A stretch of 58,368 bases of DNA from a virus. Position numbers and translations under genes: made by a program. Below the pieces are notes generated by a model. The model was not told where the DNA came from. It saw only the letters and a list, made by a program, of their open reading frames with translations, and did no database searches. The stretch lies in IMG/VR virus record IMGVR_UViG_3300033512_000032, positions 1 to 58,368 of that record; one strand, 5' to 3'. Positions 1 through 7,581 of this stretch are shown piece after piece (within the stretch, counting starts at the first letter, position 1; every line of letters starts with the position of its first letter).

Positions 1-141
1 GCAGTTCTTTACTGCGTTTCTCAGACTTCGCAATTCGTCCTTCCCATGATCTGTTACGCTGTTGTTCTTTTTCCAATAATACTTTATAATCGATCTGCCC
101 AACATTTTGCTCTACAAGAGGTTTCTCTGTTTCTACAGAAA
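1..141. repeat. Terminal overlap copy 1: identical to 58228-58368 (circular or terminally redundant assembly)
   Basis: Base-by-base comparison of the first 141 nt with the last 141 nt shows identity. A minus-strand reading frame continues in phase across the junction. Confidence 0.95.
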
Positions 142-325
142 CTATACCATCATCTGCCTTTTCAGTAACTGTAACAGTAGAAGTCTCAATAGGCACTTTC
201 TCATCTTTAGTCGGAGTTTCTACAGGTGCTACTACACTAGTCACCTGATCAAATACTTCCGCAAAAGTTGTATCAGTTGCCTCAACCGTAGTTTCCGTAA
301 TATTTTGCTCTTTTTCAGTATTCAT
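1..325 (-). CDS. Scaffolding-like protein, 5' portion (gene spans the assembly junction and continues at 58368->57647)
   Basis: ATG at 325..323 is preceded by GGAGAGAG. The frame stays open to base 1 and is in phase with ORF 57647..58303 once the 141-nt overlap is collapsed (906 nt, 301 aa). The N-terminus reads MNTEKEQNITETTVEATD.... Confidence 0.6.
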   Translation of the reverse strand, partial: MNTEKEQNITETTVEATDTTFAEVFDQVTSVVAPVETPTKDEKVPIETSTVTVTEKADDGIVSVETEKPLVEQNVGQIDYKVLLEKEQQRNRSWEGRIAKSEKRSKEL

Positions 326-390
326 TACTCTCTCCTGTGGGTGCCTAAGCATGTCCACTATTTATTTTAACCATACCCTAGATGGGGTGG

Positions 391-633
391 CTAATTTCCC
401 TCACCATTATAAGCGCCATTTTTATACTGTTTACCATTGATGTCGCGCTTCAAATCATTAATGATGCCGCGAACTTTTATAATCGCACCTCGTGTTTTTT
501 CGTCAGTGGTAATAATCAAATCTTCTTTCCATTCTTCTACATAGAGATTCAACAACTGTAATAAATCACCAGTACCTGGTTGGTGAATCAGAGGTTTAAT
601 CCTGGCTGTTAGTTCCTTAATCTCTTTACTCAT
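391..633 (-). CDS. Hypothetical head-module protein (80 aa)
   Basis: ORF track gives 391..705. I prefer the internal ATG at 633 (MSKEIKEL...) because it overlaps the stop of the upstream gene (gATGAGTAA coupling). Confidence 0.55.
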   Translation of the reverse strand: MSKEIKELTARIKPLIHQPGTGDLLQLLNLYVEEWKEDLIITTDEKTRGAIIKVRGIINDLKRDINGKQYKNGAYNGEGN

Positions 634-970
634 CAACGGCCTCTTTAAAAGCACCTTCAAAGTCTTCAGAACTCTCAATAGAAAGATCAGTAATCTGAAG
701 TTCAACTCGATTCCTGGTACCTTCCTTGTTTTCTATATTCTGATCACTCGACAAACTAGTGATTAATGCTTTTGCACTAATATTGATGGCTGTATCGATT
801 TCAAGATCTTTTATCTTAAGACCTAGTTTCTTCAACTCTTCATTATTAAGAGTTAATCGTAAACCCCAAGGGTATTTTTCATAGTAGGAGTTACCAGGGA
901 TAGGCATAGCATCTACCATTTCTTTTTTACTATCTTCAGGTTTAGGTCTTTCCATACTGATTAAGTTCAT
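626..970 (-). CDS. Hypothetical head-assembly protein (114 aa) with a scaffold-like C-terminal peptide
   Basis: ORF lies between portal and scaffold, and its start overlaps the portal stop (TAATG). The C-terminus DFEGAFKEAVDE resembles the scaffold C-terminus DDFNGAFAEAVEATK. Confidence 0.6.
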   Translation of the reverse strand: MNLISMERPKPEDSKKEMVDAMPIPGNSYYEKYPWGLRLTLNNEELKKLGLKIKDLEIDTAINISAKALITSLSSDQNIENKEGTRNRVELQITDLSIESSEDFEGAFKEAVDE

Positions 971-3003
971 TATTGATTCCCCATTCTTTCGGCCATTGGT
1001 CTTCCAACACCTGCTGCTTGTTGAGTTGCCTGAGTAATAAAATCTTCTATACCACTAACTTTTTCAGCGATCATCTGCATACCGCCTTCAAGTTGTTTTA
1101 TAACTGACTCGAGTTGATTAAACCCCGCACCTTGCTGAGCTTCCTGGGCTTGGGCCATTGCTGCTTGTCGCTGTTCCATTAGTGCACTATGCTCATCTTC
1201 AGTATATACAGCTTCATCACCACCAATATCCGTTGACTCGGACCAACGTCTAAGTAGGTTGCCACGTTTAATCCATGTTACGTCTTCCGGATTAAGGGTC
1301 ATCTGTAAGAATGTCTGTATCTGTTGAGCTCGAATCTCTTTAGCCATAAGAGCAGTTGAACCACGAGCAATAATCTTCATATCTCCTTTAACATCTTGGT
1401 TCTCGTTAAATTCCATATTCCAGTTATACATTGCTGTGATAAATGGTTTAGTTATACCATCATCAAACATCTTTACTAGATCAGATAGACCGACATTCGC
1501 CTGTCCCATTAGCATCGATAAACCAGAAGCAGTTCGCCCCGCGCCACTGACCCTTGCATCACCCTGCAGGTAACGAGGAACTATTGTAACTTCATCACCT
1601 AGTCTGCTAAATAATCCGTACATGTTAAGGAATTCAGGGGTGTAGGAAGCTATTGTTTTTACACGAACAACTTCTTTTCCTGCTACATCAGCATCACGCC
1701 CTGTACGTAGCCATACTTTGAAAGCACCAATATCTGAAGGATCTTCACCATCAGCAAGAAGATCAACATTGACTTCGTACTGAGGTCCTGCACAATGGGC
1801 AGCATTATCAATCATTGCTCTAATAGAAGCATTAACTAATCGCTGCGGGTCTCTCATTATGGAAGCAATGCCCTCACCATATATAGAGGTTTCGTCCTTA
1901 TCGAAGTAATAAACATAGTAAGGAATCACTAAACCAGTAATAGGTTGGATCTCAACTTTAATTACTGTATTTCCTATAGTCCAAATATTGCAAGGAACAT
2001 CATCATCTACACCTAACGTAGCAGCCATTTCAGCAAAGCGCACCGGATCTAATTCTAATAGATCACTAAATGAAGCATACCCCCAATACTCTACAATTTC
2101 ATAGGCGCCTTTAATTGCTGGGCGAGGAGAGGTATTAGATTCTTTCAGATTATAGAGTTCATTCTCAAAGTTAGAATATTCTGCTTTACCATCTGGATTT
2201 GCTGTTATAAATTCTTTAATGAAAGTCCCATCAAAATCTTCTCTTGCTGCAAGCTGTAATAACTTATGCCGCGGCATGATGTGACGTTCACAAAAGAATC
2301 TACATAAATCTTTTTCCGTTACTGATAAATCAGGATAGATATCCCAAATCGGTTTAAATTCTGCATAAGGTCGGTTTATTTTCTTCTGAACTAGGACCCA
2401 GGACCAGGAAGCACTTTCCTGACCATTAGCGTTAATAACTCGCTTCTGCTGCATCTCCCAGTGAGGTTCTATGACCTGGTCGACCAACGGACCTTTTAAC
2501 CAACCAGTTCCATAAAGATGCCCTGAATGCATTACATCTCTGATAATGCTTCTGTACTTTATTTCAGACAACTGGTCATTTATTTCAGTTGACATACGGT
2601 TAGCAGTTTCAGTAGCAAATGTCTGAATAGCAATTGCCAGTTCACTTTTTGTAGGAGGTCTATCTTCTCCTGCTGCTTTAACTACCGCAGTAACCTGCGC
2701 AAGAAGATTTTGCTCAATAGGAGCAGGGACTGATGGAATAGGTGTTACTTGAATGTCCCAGTTCTTCTCACCATTGGCTGGGAAAAGTAGATCAAGTATA
2801 CGGGCATCAATGGTACGGACCTTTGTTCTTGTTTCACGGATAAAAGATTTGGAACGCTTAGCATCCATCTTTGCAAGAACTTCAGGGTCATAGATACCTT
2901 TATACTGACGCAAATCCTGCAGCCATATAGTTTCATATACACTGCGCTTTGCCTTTACATCAGTAAAGTTTCTATATACCATCATGCCAAGTTTACTATC
3001 CAT
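970..3003 (-). CDS. Portal protein (putative)
   Basis: 677-aa ORF directly downstream of the terminase large subunit and upstream of scaffold and capsid genes. Size and position are typical of a portal. The family was not verified. Confidence 0.7.
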   Translation of the reverse strand: MDSKLGMMVYRNFTDVKAKRSVYETIWLQDLRQYKGIYDPEVLAKMDAKRSKSFIRETRTKVRTIDARILDLLFPANGEKNWDIQVTPIPSVPAPIEQNLLAQVTAVVKAAGEDRPPTKSELAIAIQTFATETANRMSTEINDQLSEIKYRSIIRDVMHSGHLYGTGWLKGPLVDQVIEPHWEMQQKRVINANGQESASWSWVLVQKKINRPYAEFKPIWDIYPDLSVTEKDLCRFFCERHIMPRHKLLQLAAREDFDGTFIKEFITANPDGKAEYSNFENELYNLKESNTSPRPAIKGAYEIVEYWGYASFSDLLELDPVRFAEMAATLGVDDDVPCNIWTIGNTVIKVEIQPITGLVIPYYVYYFDKDETSIYGEGIASIMRDPQRLVNASIRAMIDNAAHCAGPQYEVNVDLLADGEDPSDIGAFKVWLRTGRDADVAGKEVVRVKTIASYTPEFLNMYGLFSRLGDEVTIVPRYLQGDARVSGAGRTASGLSMLMGQANVGLSDLVKMFDDGITKPFITAMYNWNMEFNENQDVKGDMKIIARGSTALMAKEIRAQQIQTFLQMTLNPEDVTWIKRGNLLRRWSESTDIGGDEAVYTEDEHSALMEQRQAAMAQAQEAQQGAGFNQLESVIKQLEGGMQMIAEKVSGIEDFITQATQQAAGVGRPMAERMGNQ

Positions 3004-3004
3004 C

Positions 3005-4330
3005 TTAATATCCCGCTATCGAATCGCCAACTTTTAACTGGCGTCTGTACCCTTGTAAGCGTACTATATTGTTTGTATTGTAACCTTTAAAGTTATGGCC
3101 GCAAGCCATAGTCATAAAGGCATCTGCTCCATGAGCTGCCCAATCGCGTACAGGGGTTGACATGAATACTTTTTTCTTGTCATCATATTCTTTTTTATAG
3201 TTTTCAAGAGCATCAATACCGCGGGCACATCTTACAGAATCAAACCAGCACTGACTGAAAACATTTCTTGCAGCATTAATAGCATCTTCTTTATAAGCAA
3301 CCTTCTTTATGATCTGAAAATCAATACCCATATTCCTTGCTGCTTCTCTACGAGATTTACCAGAACCGAGTTCCCGTACCTTTATATCATGCGGGGCAAA
3401 ATGCTGCCCATATAAGTAACCTTTATTTCTCAACTCTTTAGCATAATACGGAAGACCTTCACCTGCTCCCTCAAGATAATCAATCAAGTGGATCTCGCGG
3501 CCGATATTTTGGGCAAACCAGATAGTCATCGAGTCATCCATGCCAAGGTCCCAATAAGTATCAACAGGAACATCTGTATGAATAGGTACGCGACCAAAAC
3601 GTCCTTCGCGTTTAGCGGCGACAACCTGTAAGGAGAAATATGCTCCAGGGATACCAGCTTCGAAACTGCAATAAAACTCCTGTTGAATAAGCTCTTCAGA
3701 CATCCCAGAATTTCTTTCATCATTGATCTGCTCCTGAGAAATAACGCCTGTATCATTTATAGATAGCATCTCTGAGAACCACAACTTAGGATTTGCTTTC
3801 GCCATTTGCATCAGCTTGTAACCGTGGTTCTTCCCGCGTGGGGTATACACAAAAAGTGCCCACCCGCCATTTTCCAATAAGATCGGACGTATAAGGTCCC
3901 AGGCCCGAGGATCTTGCAACGAATACTCTGAAAAGATACACCCAATAGGGTTTGCCCCAACGAGTCGATCTACCCAGTCTGTCCCAACAACCTGGTACAT
4001 GGACCCATTCACTGTTTCCAACTTCATGTCTGTATTGTTAGGGTTTCCCTTAATAAGTTCTTGGGGGAATGCGTCCAGAAATGGCCGCCCCGTTTTGTCC
4101 ATACCGTCCCATACGATCTTGCGCCCCTGATTATAAGTAGGCAGTAGATGCCAATACAGACCGGGGCGTTCTATCATTGAAGTAACACAGTAATGTAAAG
4201 CTGTCAGATCTTTACCCGCGCGGCGATGCCATATTGCAACGGCCCTTTTGCCACCATTTTCGAGATACGACCAAAGAGGCATTTGGTAATCTCTTGGAGT
4301 GAAATTGTGAGGTAAACTGACTTCAGCCAT
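3005..4330 (-). CDS. Terminase large subunit
   Basis: 441 aa. N-terminal Walker A-like WHRRAGKD. C-terminal nuclease-like acidic motifs YWDLGMDDS and AAHGADAF. Lies adjacent to the portal gene. Confidence 0.85.
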   Translation of the reverse strand: MAEVSLPHNFTPRDYQMPLWSYLENGGKRAVAIWHRRAGKDLTALHYCVTSMIERPGLYWHLLPTYNQGRKIVWDGMDKTGRPFLDAFPQELIKGNPNNTDMKLETVNGSMYQVVGTDWVDRLVGANPIGCIFSEYSLQDPRAWDLIRPILLENGGWALFVYTPRGKNHGYKLMQMAKANPKLWFSEMLSINDTGVISQEQINDERNSGMSEELIQQEFYCSFEAGIPGAYFSLQVVAAKREGRFGRVPIHTDVPVDTYWDLGMDDSMTIWFAQNIGREIHLIDYLEGAGEGLPYYAKELRNKGYLYGQHFAPHDIKVRELGSGKSRREAARNMGIDFQIIKKVAYKEDAINAARNVFSQCWFDSVRCARGIDALENYKKEYDDKKKVFMSTPVRDWAAHGADAFMTMACGHNFKGYNTNNIVRLQGYRRQLKVGDSIAGY

Positions 4331-4333
4331 CTC

Positions 4334-4744
4334 TTACCCCGTCACTTCTGACTGTTGTGTAATCTCTAACTCTTCTTCAGGCAGTGTCTGCACAGGTACT
4401 GCTTCTTTAATAGGCACACTATTATCAAGCTCCCGTTTAAGAACTTCAGGGTCCATCATCTTTCGCACCTGGCCAACTGGATCTTTGGAGTATTTAACTA
4501 TCTTCACAGTCACTCCCTCATCGCTAGAAGTAGAGATGTCTACTGCTCTGCGCTTCGGGGCTGTATATTGTGCGAGGTCTTTCATAATAGAGATTCGGTC
4601 AGACAGGGGTGTGTTGGGGTCCATGGCCAGAGCGGCAAGCTCAGCTATAGGGTCGCAGCCAGCATCATTTAATTTATTGAAGAGTTCAGCGATTGCTTCT
4701 TGTGTATTTACGGAAATTTTTGCTTTTTGCTTTTTAAGTGCCAT
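4334..4744 (-). CDS. Terminase small subunit-like protein
   Basis: 136 aa, first gene of the late block and immediately upstream of TerL. Helical N-terminus, a YTAPKRRA motif and an acidic tail. GAGGT RBS. Confidence 0.5.
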   Translation of the reverse strand: MALKKQKAKISVNTQEAIAELFNKLNDAGCDPIAELAALAMDPNTPLSDRISIMKDLAQYTAPKRRAVDISTSSDEGVTVKIVKYSKDPVGQVRKMMDPEVLKRELDNSVPIKEAVPVQTLPEEELEITQQSEVTG

Positions 4745-4796
4745 ACAGCTCTGACCTCGGATAAAGAATGCCCAAACTAAACCACTCGTAGGTTAT

Positions 4797-4825
4797 ACTA
4801 TAAACTATTTTTTTCGATAAGTAAA
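4797..4825 (-). promoter_or_regulatory. Candidate late-operon promoter (TTTACT-17-TATAGT on the minus strand)
   Basis: Read on the minus strand upstream of the TerS-like gene. The spacer contains TCGAAAAAAATAGTTTAT, which matches the box upstream of the polymerase promoter (GCGAAAAATAGTTTAT at 17913). Confidence 0.35.
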
Positions 4826-4860
4826 CATAATTATAATCGTTAGGCTATTATGTTGGAACA

Positions 4861-5170
4861 GGGTTTCCGCGTATATCGTTGATGTTTTTGAATCTGGGTG
4901 GCCCCTCCGCAATTTTTGGATTGAGTTTTGTTTTTGGGGTTGCTCTAGGAGCATGAGCTTTTATAGGGTGACATTGGTGCTGGGACCTTGGATCTATACT
5001 ATGGTGCCTTGGATCTTGGGCCCATCTTACTGGTATTTGTTACGGTTTAAATACTAGTATAAAAAGGGTTCTCGGGCCTCTGCGCAATCGTGTAGGGCTC
5101 GGGAGGCAAAAGGCCCGGGGCTGGTGGTCCACGTACCGGGCCCCAAGGCGCGGGCGCTGAGCTCCTGTAC
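4861..5170. other. Non-coding G+C-rich island in the divergent control region (candidate genome terminus, pac site or origin)
   Basis: No credible ORF. My hand count of 5071-5170 gives about 70% G+C in an otherwise AT-rich genome. Direct repeats TGGTGC..CCTTGGATCT occur at 4974-4995 and 5002-5016. Confidence 0.5.
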
Positions 5171-5187
5171 CAACTTTTATTTTGTAT

Positions 5188-5215
5188 TGTACAAAGATTC
5201 ATAATTATATATAAT
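5188..5215 (+). promoter_or_regulatory. Candidate early promoter P0 (TGTACA-16-TATAAT)
   Basis: -35-like TGTACAAAG at 5188 matches the hexamer used by P1-P4. TATAAT lies at 5210..5215. This is the first plus-strand promoter after the divergent region. Confidence 0.5.
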
Positions 5216-5285
5216 GTAATCACGATTGAGACACACAATCGATAAAAATAAAGTGTACCAGTTATAGATCTTTGACAACTAAATA

Positions 5286-5315
5286 ATGTATGATTCTCAT
5301 TAAACTCTCTCGTTC
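5286..5315. repeat. Left arm of the 30-bp inverted repeat flanking gene 5343..5693
   Basis: ATGTATGATTCTCATTAAACTCTCTCGTTC matches the reverse complement of 5705..5734 at 28 of 30 positions. Confidence 0.9.
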
Positions 5316-5342
5316 TACAGTTCTCTTAGAAAGGAGAAAGTT

Positions 5343-5693
5343 ATGGACGAGAAAAGATTCGAGAAGATGGTAGAAGATTTTAAGAGTTTGACTGACGAGC
5401 AGAAAAAGGCATTGCGAGATGCTCTCGGAATTCTGACCCCGACTGCAAAAGTAAGTAGCGGGATCCGGGTAACTGGCAAAGTTCAGCGAACTGATAAGGT
5501 GTTGGAAGATAAGATTGCGAAGCAGATGCAGATTCTGATCGATGTTTTGCCGAAGGATAAGGCGATTGATATCGCGGAATGGGGAACTCTGGCCAAGGCT
5601 GGAGGACTTCAGACCCAGCAACCGGCGGATAGGATCGCAGCGTATTATAAGAAAGCCATTATTGAAGGTGGTTTTGCCGTGGTAATTAACTAA
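5343..5693 (+). CDS. Hypothetical early protein (116 aa), first plus-strand gene
   Basis: ORF with the TAGAAAGGAGAAAG RBS 5 nt upstream. Bracketed by the 30-bp inverted repeat. Confidence 0.75.
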   Translation: MDEKRFEKMVEDFKSLTDEQKKALRDALGILTPTAKVSSGIRVTGKVQRTDKVLEDKIAKQMQILIDVLPKDKAIDIAEWGTLAKAGGLQTQQPADRIAAYYKKAIIEGGFAVVIN

Positions 5694-5704
5694 AATACAA
5701 ATTC

Positions 5705-5734
5705 GAACGAGAGAGTTTAGTAAGAATCATACAT
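5705..5734. repeat. Right arm of the 30-bp inverted repeat flanking gene 5343..5693
   Basis: GAACGAGAGAGTTTAGTAAGAATCATACAT is the reverse complement of 5286..5315, with two mismatches. Confidence 0.9.
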
Positions 5735-5809
5735 AAAATAAATGAGTTACAACCTTATAAATCTGTAGCACGAGCGGGTCAACTTACTAGACTAGAAAGG
5801 AAAACAACT

Positions 5810-6181
5810 ATGGACTATAAAAAGAGGCCTGGAATAGGCGAAAGTTTATGCAAAACACCAATAGAAACTCGCATAAAATTGCTAAATACTCCAGTTACGC
5901 ATGAAGAATGCCGATATTTTCTACAATTATTGGCAGAACAGGGAGCTATCCCTCAAGTAAGATTGTTTTTTGGTAAAGAAAATGACCAATTATGGGGAAC
6001 TGCTTGGTATGGCGGGAAAGAAATCATCTTAAATCGTAGATCTGTTGAAGTATTCTTACATGAAGCAGCTCATTTTGTGTGTAAGTTTTACTTTAAAGAT
6101 AACACAAGTCATGGCCAGAACTTTTGCCGTAGCTTAGATCGTTTGATTTATATGTGGCTTAACCATGAAACTAGACTTTAG
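5810..6181 (+). CDS. Small putative zinc metallopeptidase-like protein (HExxH)
   Basis: 123 aa with VFLHEAAHFV (HEAAH at 6059..6073) on a predicted helix. The RBS is TAGAAAGGAAAA. The gene ends in the TAG of the next RBS cassette. Confidence 0.6.
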   Translation: MDYKKRPGIGESLCKTPIETRIKLLNTPVTHEECRYFLQLLAEQGAIPQVRLFFGKENDQLWGTAWYGGKEIILNRRSVEVFLHEAAHFVCKFYFKDNTSHGQNFCRSLDRLIYMWLNHETRL

Positions 6182-6195
6182 AAAGGAGAAAACAA

Positions 6196-6372
6196 ATGGA
6201 TAATACTGTAGTTATAGTTCTCAAAAACTTTGGTCTAACTGACACAAGTAAGGCAACTGTATTAGAAACATTAAGAAAAGATTTACTTTCACTTGATGAT
6301 CTTAAAATCTATATTGAAAGTAGCTTAGTTGAAGTGTATGTTTCACCAAATAACTTTAGAAAGGAGAATTAA
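6196..6372 (+). CDS. Hypothetical small protein (58 aa)
   Basis: Below the ORF-track size cutoff; translated by hand as MDNTVVIVLKNFGLTDTSK...NNFRKEN. Preceded by GAAAGGAGAAAACAA. Its stop abuts the next ATG. Confidence 0.6.
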   Translation: MDNTVVIVLKNFGLTDTSKATVLETLRKDLLSLDDLKIYIESSLVEVYVSPNNFRKEN

Positions 6373-6552
6373 ATGCAGTTTTCAGATGGAATGAATTTCA
6401 ACACAGGAGGGCCAATACATATGGAAGATCGACCTGATGGACTATATGTAGTTGGCGGAGGAATGCTCATACCTGTAGATACAAAGGATGAAGCAGAGAT
6501 GATCATTAAAAGCTACACAACGAGACAGGGAGTTAATAATGAAGAAGCCTAA
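6373..6552 (+). CDS. Hypothetical small protein (59 aa)
   Basis: Hand translation MQFSDGMNFNTGGPIHMEDRPDGLYVVGGGMLIPVD.... Preceded by TAGAAAGGAGAATTAA. Confidence 0.6.
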   Translation: MQFSDGMNFNTGGPIHMEDRPDGLYVVGGGMLIPVDTKDEAEMIIKSYTTRQGVNNEEA

Positions 6553-6691
6553 AATAGCTATCGTTACTGTTGTTAAACAATGCAGAGCCACTACACAGAG
6601 GGTCAAGCTACAATCTAAACCTGCACAGTTCATACCGATCCTACTTTTAAGAAAAGCAACAGGGGATATGATACGTAAACAGTTGTGTTAA
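6539..6691 (+). CDS. Hypothetical small basic protein (50 aa)
   Basis: Hand translation MKKPKIAIVTVVKQCRATTQRVKLQ.... GGGAG lies 7 nt upstream. Overlaps the previous gene by 14 nt. Confidence 0.4.
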   Translation: MKKPKIAIVTVVKQCRATTQRVKLQSKPAQFIPILLLRKATGDMIRKQLC

Positions 6692-7199
6692 CGAACTACA
6701 ACACCAATCAACCATCATGGGAGGAGTCTCACGAACAGGAACTCTTCCCGATTTATTCTAGTCCTTTCTCTCTACCTATATAGGGATGGATTTATGTTAA
6801 GAAATTTAAAACCCTTAATTTCGGCGGTTATCTCCAAGGTCCGAGACCCCTGTACCACACTAATTGAAATGTTATTATCAGTAATACATACTCAATATCA
6901 ACTCCAATATATAAAATTAGTTAATAAAATTATATACTTATTTAGTCTGTATATTAGAGATATTAGTATATTGAGACTTTTTTTCGAAAAAAATAAAATT
7001 TGAAAAATGTCCCTATATAGGGGTTGAATTTTTTGGTCAATTTTTTAAATTTTATTCAAGTGAATACTAGCCAATATACACAACACGTCTATTATGTAAT
7101 TATATAATTTTATTAACTATTTATACTATAAAATGTTTATTATTAACCTAATATCGACTCAATACTCCAATAATAATTAATACTAGAAAAATAAAGTAA
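6692..7199. other. AT-rich non-coding spacer with palindromes
   Basis: About 500 bp without a convincing ORF. Contents: a hairpin at 6719..6749, the palindrome CCTATATAGG at 6775..6784, the perfect 12-bp palindrome CCCTATATAGGG at 7011..7022, and repeated CTCAATA..CTCCAATA strings at about 6891 and about 7157. Confidence 0.6.
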
Positions 7200-7256
7200 C
7201 TTCGATGTAAATAGTTGTACTTCGGAGTGTACAAGTTAAAAAATCCATGATATAAT
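7200..7256 (+). promoter_or_regulatory. Promoter P1 (box A CTTCGATGTAAATAG, box B CTTCGGAGTGTACA, 17-nt spacer, TGaTATAAT)
   Basis: -35-like TGTACA at 7228..7233, 17-nt spacer, TATAAT at 7251..7256 with an extended -10 TG. The architecture is shared with P2-P4. Confidence 0.7.
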
Positions 7257-7294
7257 GATTTTAACAGAATAAAAATAGAAAGAAGAATAAAGCT

Positions 7295-7567
7295 ATGGTA
7301 ATAAATATTTACGTTAAGTTTCCATGTTGTGGTAAATATTCTTACAGGTATGTTAAAGTCGAATCCCCCTGCTCAAAACATTTTACTGTCCATCATTTGC
7401 AAACAGCAGCAACTTGCCCAATATCACATAATATTAAAGTAGATATTAACTGGAATAAGTCAAAAACAAAACTTAAAGCAACAGTTAAATGGCTACAGAA
7501 TGATAGTGAAAGAGCTTGGCCAGCAAATTACCCATTATTATCAAACAGTTATAAACCAACCATTTAG
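7295..7567 (+). CDS. Hypothetical Cys-rich protein (90 aa)
   Basis: First ORF after P1, with the RBS-like TAGAAAGAAGAATAAAGCT upstream. It ends in the TAG of the next RBS cassette. Confidence 0.65.
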   Translation: MVINIYVKFPCCGKYSYRYVKVESPCSKHFTVHHLQTAATCPISHNIKVDINWNKSKTKLKATVKWLQNDSERAWPANYPLLSNSYKPTI

Positions 7568-7581
7568 AAAGGAGAATTAAA

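Noticed and set aside
107-370. 87-aa plus-strand ORF at the left edge
   Set aside because: It lies antisense to the in-phase 5' part of the scaffolding gene, which has a good RBS and a junction-spanning frame. Its composition is low-complexity and Cys/Phe/Leu/Ser/Arg-rich. It has no RBS.
5047-5238. 63-aa minus-strand ORF inside the G+C-rich island
   Set aside because: The Pro/Gly/Ala-rich translation simply reflects the GC-rich DNA. There is no RBS, and the ORF would run against promoter P0. Treated as non-coding.
6442-6633. 63-aa minus-strand ORF
   Set aside because: It is antisense to two hand-translated plus-strand small genes that carry the conserved RBS cassette. It is the wrong orientation for this block.
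6794-7003. 69-aa plus-strand ORF in the AT-rich spacer
   Set aside because: The Ile/Leu/Lys-rich translation is that of AT-rich DNA. There is no Shine-Dalgarno motif, although every real plus-strand gene has a strong one.
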